DNA from: a virus
Lineage: Duplodnaviria; Caudoviricetes
DNA length: 64,000 bases
Direction: 5' to 3' (one strand)
Virus record (IMG/VR): IMGVR_UViG_3300043567_000723
The notes beneath the pieces are model-generated. The model saw only the letters and a program-made list of their open reading frames with translations, had not been told where the DNA came from and searched no databases. A program made the translations under genes and the position numbers. Of this stretch, positions 36,659 to 46,209 are shown piece after piece (within the stretch, counting starts at the first letter, position 1; each line of letters begins with the position of its first letter).

Positions 36659-36693
36659 TTGACTCTTCCATTTTGTCTGCTATAAAGCAGACA
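36659..36693 (+). promoter_or_regulatory. Sigma70-like promoter TTGACT-16nt-TATAAA with extended -10; the -10 forms a hairpin loop
   Basis: TTGACT 36659-36664; TGc-TATAAA 36681-36686 flanked by tgtctgc/gcagaca. Confidence 0.6.
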
Positions 36694-36735
36694 TACCACA
36701 CGGGCAATTGGGCCCTTAATTAGAAAGGTTTTTTT

Positions 36736-38115
36736 ATGCCACGTTACAGTGCGCAGAATCTGGCGGCGATTGATCCCGAGTACCGCAAGGCCAACAACAT
36801 TGGCTCTGGCGGAACCGGAGGTAAGAAAAGCCGTTACGCTTACGGCAAGCAGAACAACGTTCTCGTTGCTGCTGGTAAAGAACTTCTTGATAACGGCATG
36901 TGCTTGCGCCTGCTTCCGATTTATGCGGAAGGCGGCGGTGAGCAGCGGGAGTTTGTAAACTTCCGCGAAGGCCGCGGCGGGGTCGCGTTTGGCGACTGGA
37001 GCCGTTTGATGACGTGCGCACACTGGGTGGGTAACCCGGGCGTTTGCTTCATCATTCACGACGGTAACCCCGAAGTGAATCTTTACGACAGCCCGCTGCA
37101 CGTGCTGCGTAAAGCGGCGTGGGACAACAAGGATACTCCGGGTATTGGTCGGCTATTTTCGGATCTGCTGTCGAAGAACTTCGTCAGGGATTCGCATATT
37201 GGTTCACTCAAGAAGCCTGAGAAGACTTTGTTTATCTCGGCCAGCGTTGTGTACGTTGACGAGCACGGGCAGGTGGTTTTGGGCGCGTTCTCCGACGACG
37301 AGAAGGAGAAGCGCAAGGCACGGATTATTGGTCTGAAGACCAGTGCGACGCAGGCTATCTACTCTGCGCTTAGTGTCCGTGATGATCAGACGGGTGATTT
37401 CGCTAGCGGCGACATGTTGTCGTTTGGCGCGTCGAAGCTTATTACCTTTCTGCCTGAGAACTACGTCAGTGGCGCTCAGAACGTGATTGCAACGAGTGCT
37501 GCAGGTCCGGCAACTTTTCAGTGCCCCAAGTTTGCGCGCAGCGCAGATAAGGGTGCGCAGTATATTGTCGGTTATCCGCAGTCTCGTAGTGACTTCACGC
37601 ACTTTGCTGTGCTTCATGACACGTATCAGGGTCAGGAAGTTATTCTAGAGCCGTACGCTGAAAAGCTTTTGGCTGAAACTCAGTCGTGGGACGACTACCT
37701 CTGGGTTCCCAGTTACGAAGAGCAGGCTGAGTTGCTGTCGACGGCGTTTCCTCGCGAGGCGCTGGACTTTGCGTGGCGTGAGTACCCGGGATACCTACGG
37801 GCTATTCCGAAGAATACTTCAACGTTCACGGGCGCAAATGTTGACGTCGACGATCTGGAAGAGTCGCACATGGAGCGTCCCGCTCCTGTGCAGAAAGCTC
37901 GCGTAGCTCCGAGCGCTAAGCCGCAGCCGGTTGATCCGCCGGCTCCGTGGGATCCGCAGCCTGAAGCCGAAATCTCTGCAGAGGCCGCGGAGAGCGTTGC
38001 GGATATCTTCTCCAGCGCTCCTCCCGCCCAGCCGGCGGCTTCGCCAGCAGCAGCGCCCAAGCGCGATTCTGCGGACATCCTAGCGCGTGCTAGGGCCCGC
38101 GCTGCCGCGAAGTAG
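36736..38115 (+). CDS. Hypothetical protein, putative ssDNA-binding/recombination mediator
   Basis: Lies between PolA and RecA, own promoter and terminator, aromatic-rich core, acidic and Pro/Ala-rich tail; function inferred from position only. Confidence 0.5.
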   Translation: MPRYSAQNLAAIDPEYRKANNIGSGGTGGKKSRYAYGKQNNVLVAAGKELLDNGMCLRLLPIYAEGGGEQREFVNFREGRGGVAFGDWSRLMTCAHWVGNPGVCFIIHDGNPEVNLYDSPLHVLRKAAWDNKDTPGIGRLFSDLLSKNFVRDSHIGSLKKPEKTLFISASVVYVDEHGQVVLGAFSDDEKEKRKARIIGLKTSATQAIYSALSVRDDQTGDFASGDMLSFGASKLITFLPENYVSGAQNVIATSAAGPATFQCPKFARSADKGAQYIVGYPQSRSDFTHFAVLHDTYQGQEVILEPYAEKLLAETQSWDDYLWVPSYEEQAELLSTAFPREALDFAWREYPGYLRAIPKNTSTFTGANVDVDDLEESHMERPAPVQKARVAPSAKPQPVDPPAPWDPQPEAEISAEAAESVADIFSSAPPAQPAASPAAAPKRDSADILARARARAAAK

Positions 38116-38125
38116 TTTTTTCTCT

Positions 38126-38178
38126 GGCTCCGGCACCACGTTGTTCTCTGGGTACGTGAGTGCCGGAGCCGGGGTTTT
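38126..38178 (+). terminator. Long hairpin/terminator
   Basis: ggctccggcac-cacgt...acgtg-a-gtgccggagcc followed by ggggttttaa; T run also upstream. Confidence 0.65.
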
Positions 38179-38244
38179 AATTATTTGCCGCAACATTTGT
38201 TAGGCAAAAGTTGCAATTGAACAGTAACACGCAGAAGGGAATTT

Positions 38245-39615
38245 ATGGGTAGGAAACGTAAAGAAGAAACAGAAGAAGTAAACATCCACGCACGCAACGG
38301 CGAGCACCCGATGTTTACAGAAGTCCTCAAGGCTACCGCCGAGGATCAGGATCCGCTTATCGGCTTACCGTTGCCGACGCTCGCTGCCCGTTATCTCTTG
38401 CAGGCGAACATCTTTCCGCTTAGCCGATTTACGCAGCTCCGCGGAGAGTTTAGCGCCGGCAAGTCGGCGATGCTTATAGAGATTATGCGCTGGTTCCATG
38501 TTTATGGCGGCGGCGCCATTATGATCGACACTGAGAACAAGGGTTCTCCGACAATGATGTCGGGCATCTTTGGTCATAACCAGCAGTACATGAATCGTAC
38601 GCGCGTCGAGACAGCCGCGAGCGTAGAAGAATGGCAGAAGAAGTACATGGGCTTCTGTCAGGCGATTCACAAGCAGATCGACGCAGACAACGCGCCTGAC
38701 CGCGTTATCCCTATTTGTATCGGCGTCGACTCTATTTCGGCTGTTGAGGTTGATAGGCGCGTCGAGAAGGTTGCAGACGAAGGTCATGCGGCCGCAGGTC
38801 ATCCGTACCTTGCGCGTAACTTGTCGGACTTTATGCGGACGGCGCTTGTTCCGACGCTGCGACATTACCCGATTGCGCTGGTGGCCACGAACCATCTCAA
38901 AGAAGAGATTAACTCAATGGGCTTCGGCCCGCCCAAGAAGTATGCTCCGGGCGGCGCGAGTCTGGACTATTACCCGACGCTCATTCTTGATATGTCCAAG
39001 GCGTCGGCCAAGAACATCACAGGTAGGTACGAGGGTCAGTCAGTTCGTATCGCAGCGACTAAGAATAATCTCGGCGCTCCCGGGCGGAAGATCGTTGTAA
39101 ACCTACTCTGGTACAACGAAATCATTGAGGCCAAAGACGCCAAGGGTAATGATACTTATAGGAATCAGCAGTTTCATTTCTGGGACTGGCATACGGCATC
39201 TATTCGGTTGCTGATGGATCTGCAGACCGGCGACGGCAAGTTAAGTCCGGGCATGGACCCCAAGCTTCCGGGCTTGATCAAACAGGTCTGTGATCTTGAG
39301 TACAAGCACGGCACCAAAAACTCAGATACACCGCTCGTCTATTCGACGGCGCTTGGCATCACCAAGCAGCAGGCCGTATCGGAAGTTGAGGCTTCCGTAA
39401 TTCTCGAAGATAACAAAAAGGTTCTGGGCATGCTTCACGGCTTGCTTGGAGTCAACGAGTATCTGGTATGCGATCCGGCTCGTCGCTATCGAGAGCAGGT
39501 TATGGAAGAGCTGAAAACCCGGCAGATGACCGACGTGCCTGAACTGATGGCAGCATCAAGCGTGGTTGGCGAAGTGGTGTCGACTGATTTCGATCCTCTT
39601 GGACAGGTGGACTAA
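38245..39615 (+). CDS. recA: RecA/UvsX-like recombinase
   Basis: Walker A GEFSAGKS, IDTE, IGVDSI, ATNH, PGG...L.YY, KN. Confidence 0.85.
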   Translation: MGRKRKEETEEVNIHARNGEHPMFTEVLKATAEDQDPLIGLPLPTLAARYLLQANIFPLSRFTQLRGEFSAGKSAMLIEIMRWFHVYGGGAIMIDTENKGSPTMMSGIFGHNQQYMNRTRVETAASVEEWQKKYMGFCQAIHKQIDADNAPDRVIPICIGVDSISAVEVDRRVEKVADEGHAAAGHPYLARNLSDFMRTALVPTLRHYPIALVATNHLKEEINSMGFGPPKKYAPGGASLDYYPTLILDMSKASAKNITGRYEGQSVRIAATKNNLGAPGRKIVVNLLWYNEIIEAKDAKGNDTYRNQQFHFWDWHTASIRLLMDLQTGDGKLSPGMDPKLPGLIKQVCDLEYKHGTKNSDTPLVYSTALGITKQQAVSEVEASVILEDNKKVLGMLHGLLGVNEYLVCDPARRYREQVMEELKTRQMTDVPELMAASSVVGEVVSTDFDPLGQVD

Positions 39616-39962
39616 TGATAAAAGCCGAAGATTGCCGCGGCTGGTCGCTAATGACATGTTTTGGCGGGCCACTCGACGGTCGCGATATACCGGTCATGGA
39701 GCCGGAAAACGTAGAGGAGCTTTACCCAGATATTTATTACGAAGCGCCAGCTTTGTTCTATCAAAAAGTGCAGGACGAAAATGGCAATGACGTGTGCCAC
39801 TGGTATTGCATGTTTCAGCAACCAGACCCGGTTAGAGCAAATCGCTGGTGGAATTTTTATGCGTATCGCGGCGTTCACGCAGAAGACGCTGACGTTGGTG
39901 ACATAATTAACTCCAATCCGGTGATCCCGTTGGTATTTCCGCAGCAGGAAAAGGAGGACTGA
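39615..39962 (+). CDS. Hypothetical protein
   Basis: 115 aa; FGGPLDG motif. Confidence 0.6.
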   Translation: MIKAEDCRGWSLMTCFGGPLDGRDIPVMEPENVEELYPDIYYEAPALFYQKVQDENGNDVCHWYCMFQQPDPVRANRWWNFYAYRGVHAEDADVGDIINSNPVIPLVFPQQEKED

Positions 39963-40147
39963 TGCCAGCCCCGACAGGCATAACGATATCGTTTACAAAA
40001 GAAGAGGTAGCGTGGCTGGCGTGGGTTGTGCGTGATGTACTTGCAACACATCAGTGTGTAGAACCCGGAGAAAGCGCTTGTGACAAAATCATCGAGGCTG
40101 AAAAACTACTGCAAGAAACTGCAAAGGTGTTAAATGAAGGAACCTAA
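39962..40147 (+). CDS. Small hypothetical protein
   Basis: 61 aa, AAGGAGG RBS, coupled. Confidence 0.6.
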   Translation: MPAPTGITISFTKEEVAWLAWVVRDVLATHQCVEPGESACDKIIEAEKLLQETAKVLNEGT

Positions 40148-40346
40148 GTTTGGACGATGGACTCATGTAAATGACCGCCTTCCCGGCCGTGACGAAAAGG
40201 TGCTGGCCGCGGATCCTATAACGGGTGAGCAGGTTATAGTCACGGGCGGCGAGGTCGCTGCGCGGGCTGAGCTGCTTTTGTGGATGCCGTTGCTGAGCCA
40301 CTCGGCTATCGGCTCTTGGTTCGACGCCCTGACGTCCGAGGCTTGA
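40134..40346 (+). CDS. Small hypothetical protein (W..V.DRLP...WMPL, DUF551-like)
   Basis: WTHVNDRLP...VLA...LWMPL. Confidence 0.55.
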   Translation: MKEPKFGRWTHVNDRLPGRDEKVLAADPITGEQVIVTGGEVAARAELLLWMPLLSHSAIGSWFDALTSEA

Positions 40347-40347
40347 C

Positions 40348-40926
40348 GTGGATCATCGCGATCAGTTTTTTGGCAATCTGTTCAACGAGTCTGGCGCTGG
40401 CGCTGAAGAAATTAGAATTCAGCGCCAGCTCTCGTTTGAAGAGCGGATTATTAAACGTGTATTTAACGAGTGCGGCGCCAAACGCGCTTTATGGGGTCGG
40501 CTCGTAAACGAATGTCGCGACATGACAGGGCATCACAAATTAAACTTCAACTGGTTTAATGCGGCCTATCGTCAGTTTCCGGGCATTTTATGCGGGAAGC
40601 GAATACCGCGACTTCACGAGTTGACCATTGTTGATTTGTTTAAAAACCCGGATAAGTCAAATAGGCTAGCTAAAGCGATAGCTAAAAATTTGCAGCGTGT
40701 TGAGATAGACTGTGCCCGCAATTTTATTTTTGTTTTTCCTATTGTGCGGACCATGTTTTGCGCGCACAATCTGGAGTTAGAGCGTGGGCCTGATATGTCG
40801 TGCGTTCAGTGGCGCGTTGACTTGCGGCGTGAGGGTAACGTGCCTACGGCTGCAACCCGTTTGATCGTAGAACCGACCACCACCTTGTTTCGAGCAATCG
40901 GTACAGAGTGGTGCGAGGCCGGCTAA
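40348..40926 (+). CDS. Hypothetical protein
   Basis: 192 aa ORF. Confidence 0.7.
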   Translation: MDHRDQFFGNLFNESGAGAEEIRIQRQLSFEERIIKRVFNECGAKRALWGRLVNECRDMTGHHKLNFNWFNAAYRQFPGILCGKRIPRLHELTIVDLFKNPDKSNRLAKAIAKNLQRVEIDCARNFIFVFPIVRTMFCAHNLELERGPDMSCVQWRVDLRREGNVPTAATRLIVEPTTTLFRAIGTEWCEAG

Positions 40927-40941
40927 GTAAGGGGTGTTCTT

Positions 40942-42093
40942 TTGTCTTCGGCGGCGTCTGCTCGTAGCGTTTTTGCGTCTGTGCCTGCATTTTCATTTGC
41001 AGCGCACCAGTACGAATCTTGCCGCGATTTCTTAGCTGCCCGAACTGCGAACACGGAGTCTGTGCCGATTGTAGATGAGTCGCAGCTTTTAATGAGCGCT
41101 GACGGCAGAATAGCCGAGAGCGGATATAGGTTTAACTCAATCGGTTTTCGGGCGTTGGCGTCATATTTGTCTGTCGGCCTTGCGCAACTCTTCAATGAGT
41201 TATCTGGCGAGAACGTTAGAAATATCAAAACGCTGGATCGGGAGACAGACATTGCCGCGGCGGTAAGCGTTTACAACACGACGCTGCGGGTCAGGTTTGA
41301 AGCTCTTCGAGAACGCAGCTTACTGGTAAATCACAAAGAGCAGACAATCGACGGGTTCTTGGGTCTTGACCACCGCATGCTCGACAACAGTGTTTTTCTT
41401 GACACCGTGATTAGCGAACTACAAGCCAAGCAACCCGGAGTCGAATTTTTTCGCTCTGAGTTGCTGGGTCGAGAGCTGCGCCTTTATTTCATTGACCCGA
41501 CGACACAACGTTCTGATATCTATTCCGACAAACGCCACACGTTTGCCGGCGGTTGGTATTGCGCAAATCGCGAAGACACGGGTAACGCTGTGCGGGCTAA
41601 TACTTGCTTATACACACGTTTTGGCGTGGCAGTTGAGCCAGCAAAGGCCGGCGCTCGTTTAAACCACACGGGAGCCGATCTAATTGGCCGCACGGCTATT
41701 CTCGTGTCCCGCGCCGCTGATCGAGCTGTAGACATGGCTCTCGTCGCCAAGCGCGTTAGCGAGCTTTCGCGGCTGTCGCTGGGTCTATCAGACGACAAGG
41801 CTACAAATGATGCCGCGTACGAAAAGTGGGCAACGTATCTCGCGAAATTCAAAATATATCGCGAAGACGCGTTACAGGTTTTAAAGAATGCGGCGCTTGT
41901 TGGTTCAGATTTGGAACCGCGTGACGCATTGACGGTATACACCAAGGAGGTTTTAAAAACTCGGACTGCGTATGACCTTTTTTGTTCTATGCTTCGTTGT
42001 TCTCGCGGTCACTATCATGTGCTCCGCGATCAATTACAGGCTACGGCGTTACAGATATTGCTTCCTGACATCAAAATCAAGAAGCGCAAATAG
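40942..42093 (+). CDS. DUF932-like protein
   Basis: A..QLFN..., L......I.GF....H..LDN..., G.Y..N.E.G...V......Y...G pattern. Confidence 0.45.
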   Translation: MSSAASARSVFASVPAFSFAAHQYESCRDFLAARTANTESVPIVDESQLLMSADGRIAESGYRFNSIGFRALASYLSVGLAQLFNELSGENVRNIKTLDRETDIAAAVSVYNTTLRVRFEALRERSLLVNHKEQTIDGFLGLDHRMLDNSVFLDTVISELQAKQPGVEFFRSELLGRELRLYFIDPTTQRSDIYSDKRHTFAGGWYCANREDTGNAVRANTCLYTRFGVAVEPAKAGARLNHTGADLIGRTAILVSRAADRAVDMALVAKRVSELSRLSLGLSDDKATNDAAYEKWATYLAKFKIYREDALQVLKNAALVGSDLEPRDALTVYTKEVLKTRTAYDLFCSMLRCSRGHYHVLRDQLQATALQILLPDIKIKKRK

Positions 42094-42121
42094 TTTAATT
42101 TACCAAGCAAGGAGATAAACA

Positions 42122-43018
42122 ATGGGTAGGAAATCTAAAGCGGCACTGGCACTTCAGGCCGAGGTTATTGACGCCCGCAATTCGCCGTACATGCCAGATG
42201 TAGAAAATCTTACGCCGGCTTTGCAGGACGTTGTATCTGAAATCGATAACTTGTTTAGCGATATTCAGGTTGCCAGTTTGACTTCGTTTTGGCGTGTCGG
42301 TCGTTTGATCACAGAAGTCAAGGGTGATCCCGAACGTTATCTGACGCCCTCACAGCAGGCTGCCCACGTAGATGGTGCTTCGCTGCTGATATCTATTTTC
42401 GCGCCCGTTTATACAGCAGAGCAGCTGCGTGGTGCGGTGAACTTCTTTGAAAAATATCCCAGTACAGCTGAGATCACCCGACTGCTTGGGTTGCGTTGTC
42501 CTGACCGTCCGCGGTGGCGCCTTACGACGTCGCACGTGCAGCTGCTGTCGCAGATCCCCGACGATAATCAGCGGCACGCGATTGAAGACAAGTGTGCCGA
42601 AGAGGCGTACACGGCGCGAACGCTGGCAACTGAGCTGCAGGAGATGCGCGGTAAGCAGAAGAGCAGCGGCCGCACGCATCAGGCGCCAAAGGGGCTGAAG
42701 CAGCAGATCCACGATCTACTGCAGCATCAGCGTCGGTTTATCGCCCGCTCGGAAGCTCTTTGGTTGTGTGAAAAAAGCGACAACATTTACGACGATATCG
42801 TAAATGCCTCGCCGACAAAGCTGGATGAAACGGCTCGTGGTTATCTGAATGAAGTGTATGAAAACTTCAGCAAGCTTTCAGATATTGTGGCCGACCATGT
42901 AGCCATGTGCGCTAAGGTGCAAGAAGAACTTAGCGGTAGGGAAGAGAACGAAGAAACTGAGGAAGACGGCGACGAGCCGGTTTCTCGTTCGCGGCAGCGT
43001 TCCGATATCACACGTTAG
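42122..43018 (+). CDS. DUF1016 N-terminal (YhcG-like) DNA-binding domain protein
   Basis: FWRVGRLI...L.....F...YP...LT.SH..LL..I.D...R......EE.YT.R.L. Confidence 0.55.
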   Translation: MGRKSKAALALQAEVIDARNSPYMPDVENLTPALQDVVSEIDNLFSDIQVASLTSFWRVGRLITEVKGDPERYLTPSQQAAHVDGASLLISIFAPVYTAEQLRGAVNFFEKYPSTAEITRLLGLRCPDRPRWRLTTSHVQLLSQIPDDNQRHAIEDKCAEEAYTARTLATELQEMRGKQKSSGRTHQAPKGLKQQIHDLLQHQRRFIARSEALWLCEKSDNIYDDIVNASPTKLDETARGYLNEVYENFSKLSDIVADHVAMCAKVQEELSGREENEETEEDGDEPVSRSRQRSDITR

Positions 43019-43032
43019 TTAAGGGCCTAAAA

Positions 43033-43581
43033 ATGTTTTCTGTTCGTAATGTTCCTATTGTTATTGAGCCGGGCGTTGGCGCTTTGGAAGCAGAGTTCTT
43101 TGTTTCAGATAAGAAAATGGGTAATCGGTGTTTTCCGCTACAGCTGCAACGTCTTGAAATTACTGAGACGCTCGTAGAGAAGTTACCGTTTATTCCGTCA
43201 ACGAAGTTTCCGCATACCTTTTCGTTAGTAGCTGATATTGACAAATCAGCCGTTCTTGTTATTTATGACTTACTGGGGCGGCTTTCGTGTGTATACACAC
43301 GCGGCGCCGCTGACGCTGCTTGGGAGCGGTGCGATGTTGCTGATGAGCATGCCGGTAAAACTGTCACCCAGTTTTCTGTTCGTTTTAACTTTGGTTCGTT
43401 AAAAGATCGTGAGTCTTTTTTAGACACCATGGAAAGTATGTTAAAAGAAGCAAAGAACGGCAGGGCACCGGCTTCAAAAGATGTAATGAAGGCCATGACT
43501 ATTTTAAATCGTACGCGAGTGCCTCCGGTTGTGTTGCCGGTAGCTGTCGCTAGATCTAGTATGCGCCCGGTAAAACTGTAA
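43033..43581 (+). CDS. Hypothetical protein
   Basis: 182 aa ORF. Confidence 0.7.
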   Translation: MFSVRNVPIVIEPGVGALEAEFFVSDKKMGNRCFPLQLQRLEITETLVEKLPFIPSTKFPHTFSLVADIDKSAVLVIYDLLGRLSCVYTRGAADAAWERCDVADEHAGKTVTQFSVRFNFGSLKDRESFLDTMESMLKEAKNGRAPASKDVMKAMTILNRTRVPPVVLPVAVARSSMRPVKL

Positions 43582-43599
43582 CGTTTTAAATCTCGCCGG

Positions 43600-44340
43600 A
43601 TGGAGCCGGATATGGCGGAAGGAACCGCTGACGTTTGTGTGTGCGTCTTGTTTTACGGCAACGACGCTACATGCTTTAAATTGGCGCAACGCGTTTTAAA
43701 CGAACCGATGCGGCAATTGGCGCGGCACAACGTAGAGTTTCGTTTTGGCTGCAATGCAGTCAGTGACGACACACGGCAATTTTTACAGCAGCAGGTTGCA
43801 GATACGTTTAAAGGCGCTGTTGTAATTGACTCGGCAGATAACGCACAGAAATACCCAATGATGCGGCGGCTTTTTTATACAAAGCCGGTCACAGCCCCGG
43901 TGACAGTGTGGTTTGACGATGACTCTTGTTTAGCGCCAAATAACAATGTCGATAAGTGGTTGCCGCGATTACAGCAGCAATTGCGTTTTCACGCCATGGT
44001 CGGGTCTATTTACCGAACCCGTTTGGTTGGCAATCAGGCGGAGTGGATTAAAAATCAGGCATGGTATTCCGGCAAAGAACCGCAACCGTACGTGCAGCAC
44101 GCAGCTGGAAGTTGGTGGGCGGCTCAGACGCCAATTCTGCAGCGCTTTGATTGGCCACCTGACGTAGCTACGCACCGCGGCGTGGACGTTATGTTTGGAG
44201 AGTTGTGCCGGCAGCAAGATTTAGTACTCTGCCACTTTCGCGACGGCGTTTGGATCAACGCGAACGCTGACGGCGTAGAAGCCGCCGGATCTCAACGCGG
44301 CAAAGATGAAACACCCATTGGATTTAGTTATCAATCATGA
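43600..44340 (+). CDS. GT-A fold glycosyltransferase-like protein
   Basis: N-terminal VCVLFYG strand, WFDDDS (DxD), late GG-like W..G.W and D...G motifs. Confidence 0.6.
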   Translation: MEPDMAEGTADVCVCVLFYGNDATCFKLAQRVLNEPMRQLARHNVEFRFGCNAVSDDTRQFLQQQVADTFKGAVVIDSADNAQKYPMMRRLFYTKPVTAPVTVWFDDDSCLAPNNNVDKWLPRLQQQLRFHAMVGSIYRTRLVGNQAEWIKNQAWYSGKEPQPYVQHAAGSWWAAQTPILQRFDWPPDVATHRGVDVMFGELCRQQDLVLCHFRDGVWINANADGVEAAGSQRGKDETPIGFSYQS

Positions 44341-44741
44341 AATTACGGGTTGAACGAGTCGACCTAGATAGAACACGGGCGTCGTGGCCGGAAGGCTTGC
44401 CGTTTGAGCCGGCGCTGGTTACCCCTGTGGAAAAAATTGGCGGTTCTCGCTGGATTGTTTTGTCCGCGCCCCTGATGCCCGGCGACGACCCGAACTGGGC
44501 ATATTCAGACAGCGATGAATACTTACGTATCCCGCTATTTCCGTACGACCTCAATCCGGCGGCTGACCTTGCAATGGCTTTTATGCTTCAGCTTGGTCTT
44601 TCTTGTGCTGCTCGTTTACCCGGTAAAATTTCGCAATTTTTTGTTGTGACCGGTAACCCTGTTGCGCTCTTGTATGATTCTGATACAGATATTAATACTG
44701 GTATTCGTTATTGGGTTGGTTTTGCAGTAATGCTTTCATAA
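44337..44741 (+). CDS. Hypothetical protein
   Basis: 134 aa, ATGA coupling. Confidence 0.65.
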   Translation: MKLRVERVDLDRTRASWPEGLPFEPALVTPVEKIGGSRWIVLSAPLMPGDDPNWAYSDSDEYLRIPLFPYDLNPAADLAMAFMLQLGLSCAARLPGKISQFFVVTGNPVALLYDSDTDINTGIRYWVGFAVMLS

Positions 44742-44751
44742 AGGAAAAAAA

Positions 44752-45366
44752 ATGGCAAAAGTTGTAGATGCAGTTAGTTGTTCAAATACCGGCTCCACCA
44801 ACGTTTCCGTTCCGATCAAGATGGATACGTCTGGTCTTGTCAAAGCTATTCAGATGGCCACGCAATCTCAAACGCAACCGACCATGACGCGTATCAACCC
44901 GGCGGATGTAATCAAAGCAGCCGCTGCGCGCATGGAAGATATGTACACGCGTTTCAATGCTTTGAAGCTAATTGGCGCCGAGCTTCACGGCAAAGCAATG
45001 AGTGATCCGGTTCCTGAGTCGTTAAAGATTGAGGAAGTTACTTTCAAATTCAAAACGGTTAAAGACGGCAAGGAATCTGATTCGACAACTGCCGTCGTAA
45101 AAAATGTAATCTGCGTTGGTGACATTGCCAACCTGCTCTCGACAGAGCTTGGTACGATTATTCTGACGCTGCAGCAGGAAGCTGCGGCAGTCAAAGAAAC
45201 GGCGAAGAGCACTGAAGAGACGTGCGCTAAGGCGCGCGAAAGCTGGGAAGCAAATAACCCGGATCGTCGCGTTATCTCGAACGACCAGATTGAAACTCCT
45301 GCCGCTCCGCTGGCTAACGCCGGGTCAGTAACACTTCAGGCGCAAAATGAAACCGGCTCCGTTTAG
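44752..45366 (+). CDS. Hypothetical protein
   Basis: 204 aa, AAGGA RBS. Confidence 0.75.
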   Translation: MAKVVDAVSCSNTGSTNVSVPIKMDTSGLVKAIQMATQSQTQPTMTRINPADVIKAAAARMEDMYTRFNALKLIGAELHGKAMSDPVPESLKIEEVTFKFKTVKDGKESDSTTAVVKNVICVGDIANLLSTELGTIILTLQQEAAAVKETAKSTEETCAKARESWEANNPDRRVISNDQIETPAAPLANAGSVTLQAQNETGSV

Positions 45367-46198
45367 TTACAAGCGGCTTCGCGAGCGCAGAGATCGAATA
45401 ACGACAGTTGCATTGCGTCCTTATATTGACGCCAACATTGTCGGTGACACCCTACGGGATATGTGTCGCGACATACTGGCTGAGATGCCGGACTCAGTAT
45501 CGCAGCTGGCGGTGTTCGACTCTGTGCGCGCGTTAGCCGGCACCAAACTGACGCGTAAAACGGCAAGCGAGCTGGCTTGGCGATTGGCGGGCAATTTAGA
45601 TAAGTTAACCGCCGGCCAGTGCGTCTTGCCGTGGACGCGTCAAATCGACGACGAGATTGTTCCGATAATCGTGGAAAATGTACGGCCGTTTAAACGAAAG
45701 AATACTCCGGGCTTTATCTTCAATTGTCGTGTCTTGGCCGGTTCTTCCTGCCCCATGACATTTACGCAATTTCTATCAAAAGCAAGTTGCGGCGCTATAT
45801 CGCAAAGCATCGGGTTCTCGAAATCTTGGGGTCCGTATCCGTACACGTCCGCGTTGCATTTCGTTAATCTTCTATTTTTTGCGCACATAGAAGCTGCCCG
45901 TAGCCGCGAATCGCCTTTCTTCTTGAAGGTCAGCGCTAGCAGTAGCATGATCAAAGAGAACCGCGGCCGCATAGAAGTCCGTACGCGTGCCCGACCGTGT
46001 CCTGATCAATACGAGCACGCTTGCGTACACTGCTGGCTTGGGTACGATCAGTGCGCTTACGCAACACATCCCAGAACCTATGAAAGTCGGCATTGCTCAA
46101 ATTGCAACGCTGATGGCTTTTTTGATCCCACGGATAACGGTTTATTATGCGTTCGTTGTCGGTATAGGGCGGCGCAGCACGTTGAACCCACTCATTGA
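45347..46198 (+). CDS. Hypothetical protein with C-terminal Zn-finger clusters
   Basis: CP...C..C.....C and CSNC...C.RC. Confidence 0.7.
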   Translation: MKPAPFSYKRLRERRDRITTVALRPYIDANIVGDTLRDMCRDILAEMPDSVSQLAVFDSVRALAGTKLTRKTASELAWRLAGNLDKLTAGQCVLPWTRQIDDEIVPIIVENVRPFKRKNTPGFIFNCRVLAGSSCPMTFTQFLSKASCGAISQSIGFSKSWGPYPYTSALHFVNLLFFAHIEAARSRESPFFLKVSASSSMIKENRGRIEVRTRARPCPDQYEHACVHCWLGYDQCAYATHPRTYESRHCSNCNADGFFDPTDNGLLCVRCRYRAAQHVEPTH

Positions 46199-46209
46199 AA
46201 GAAACTTCT

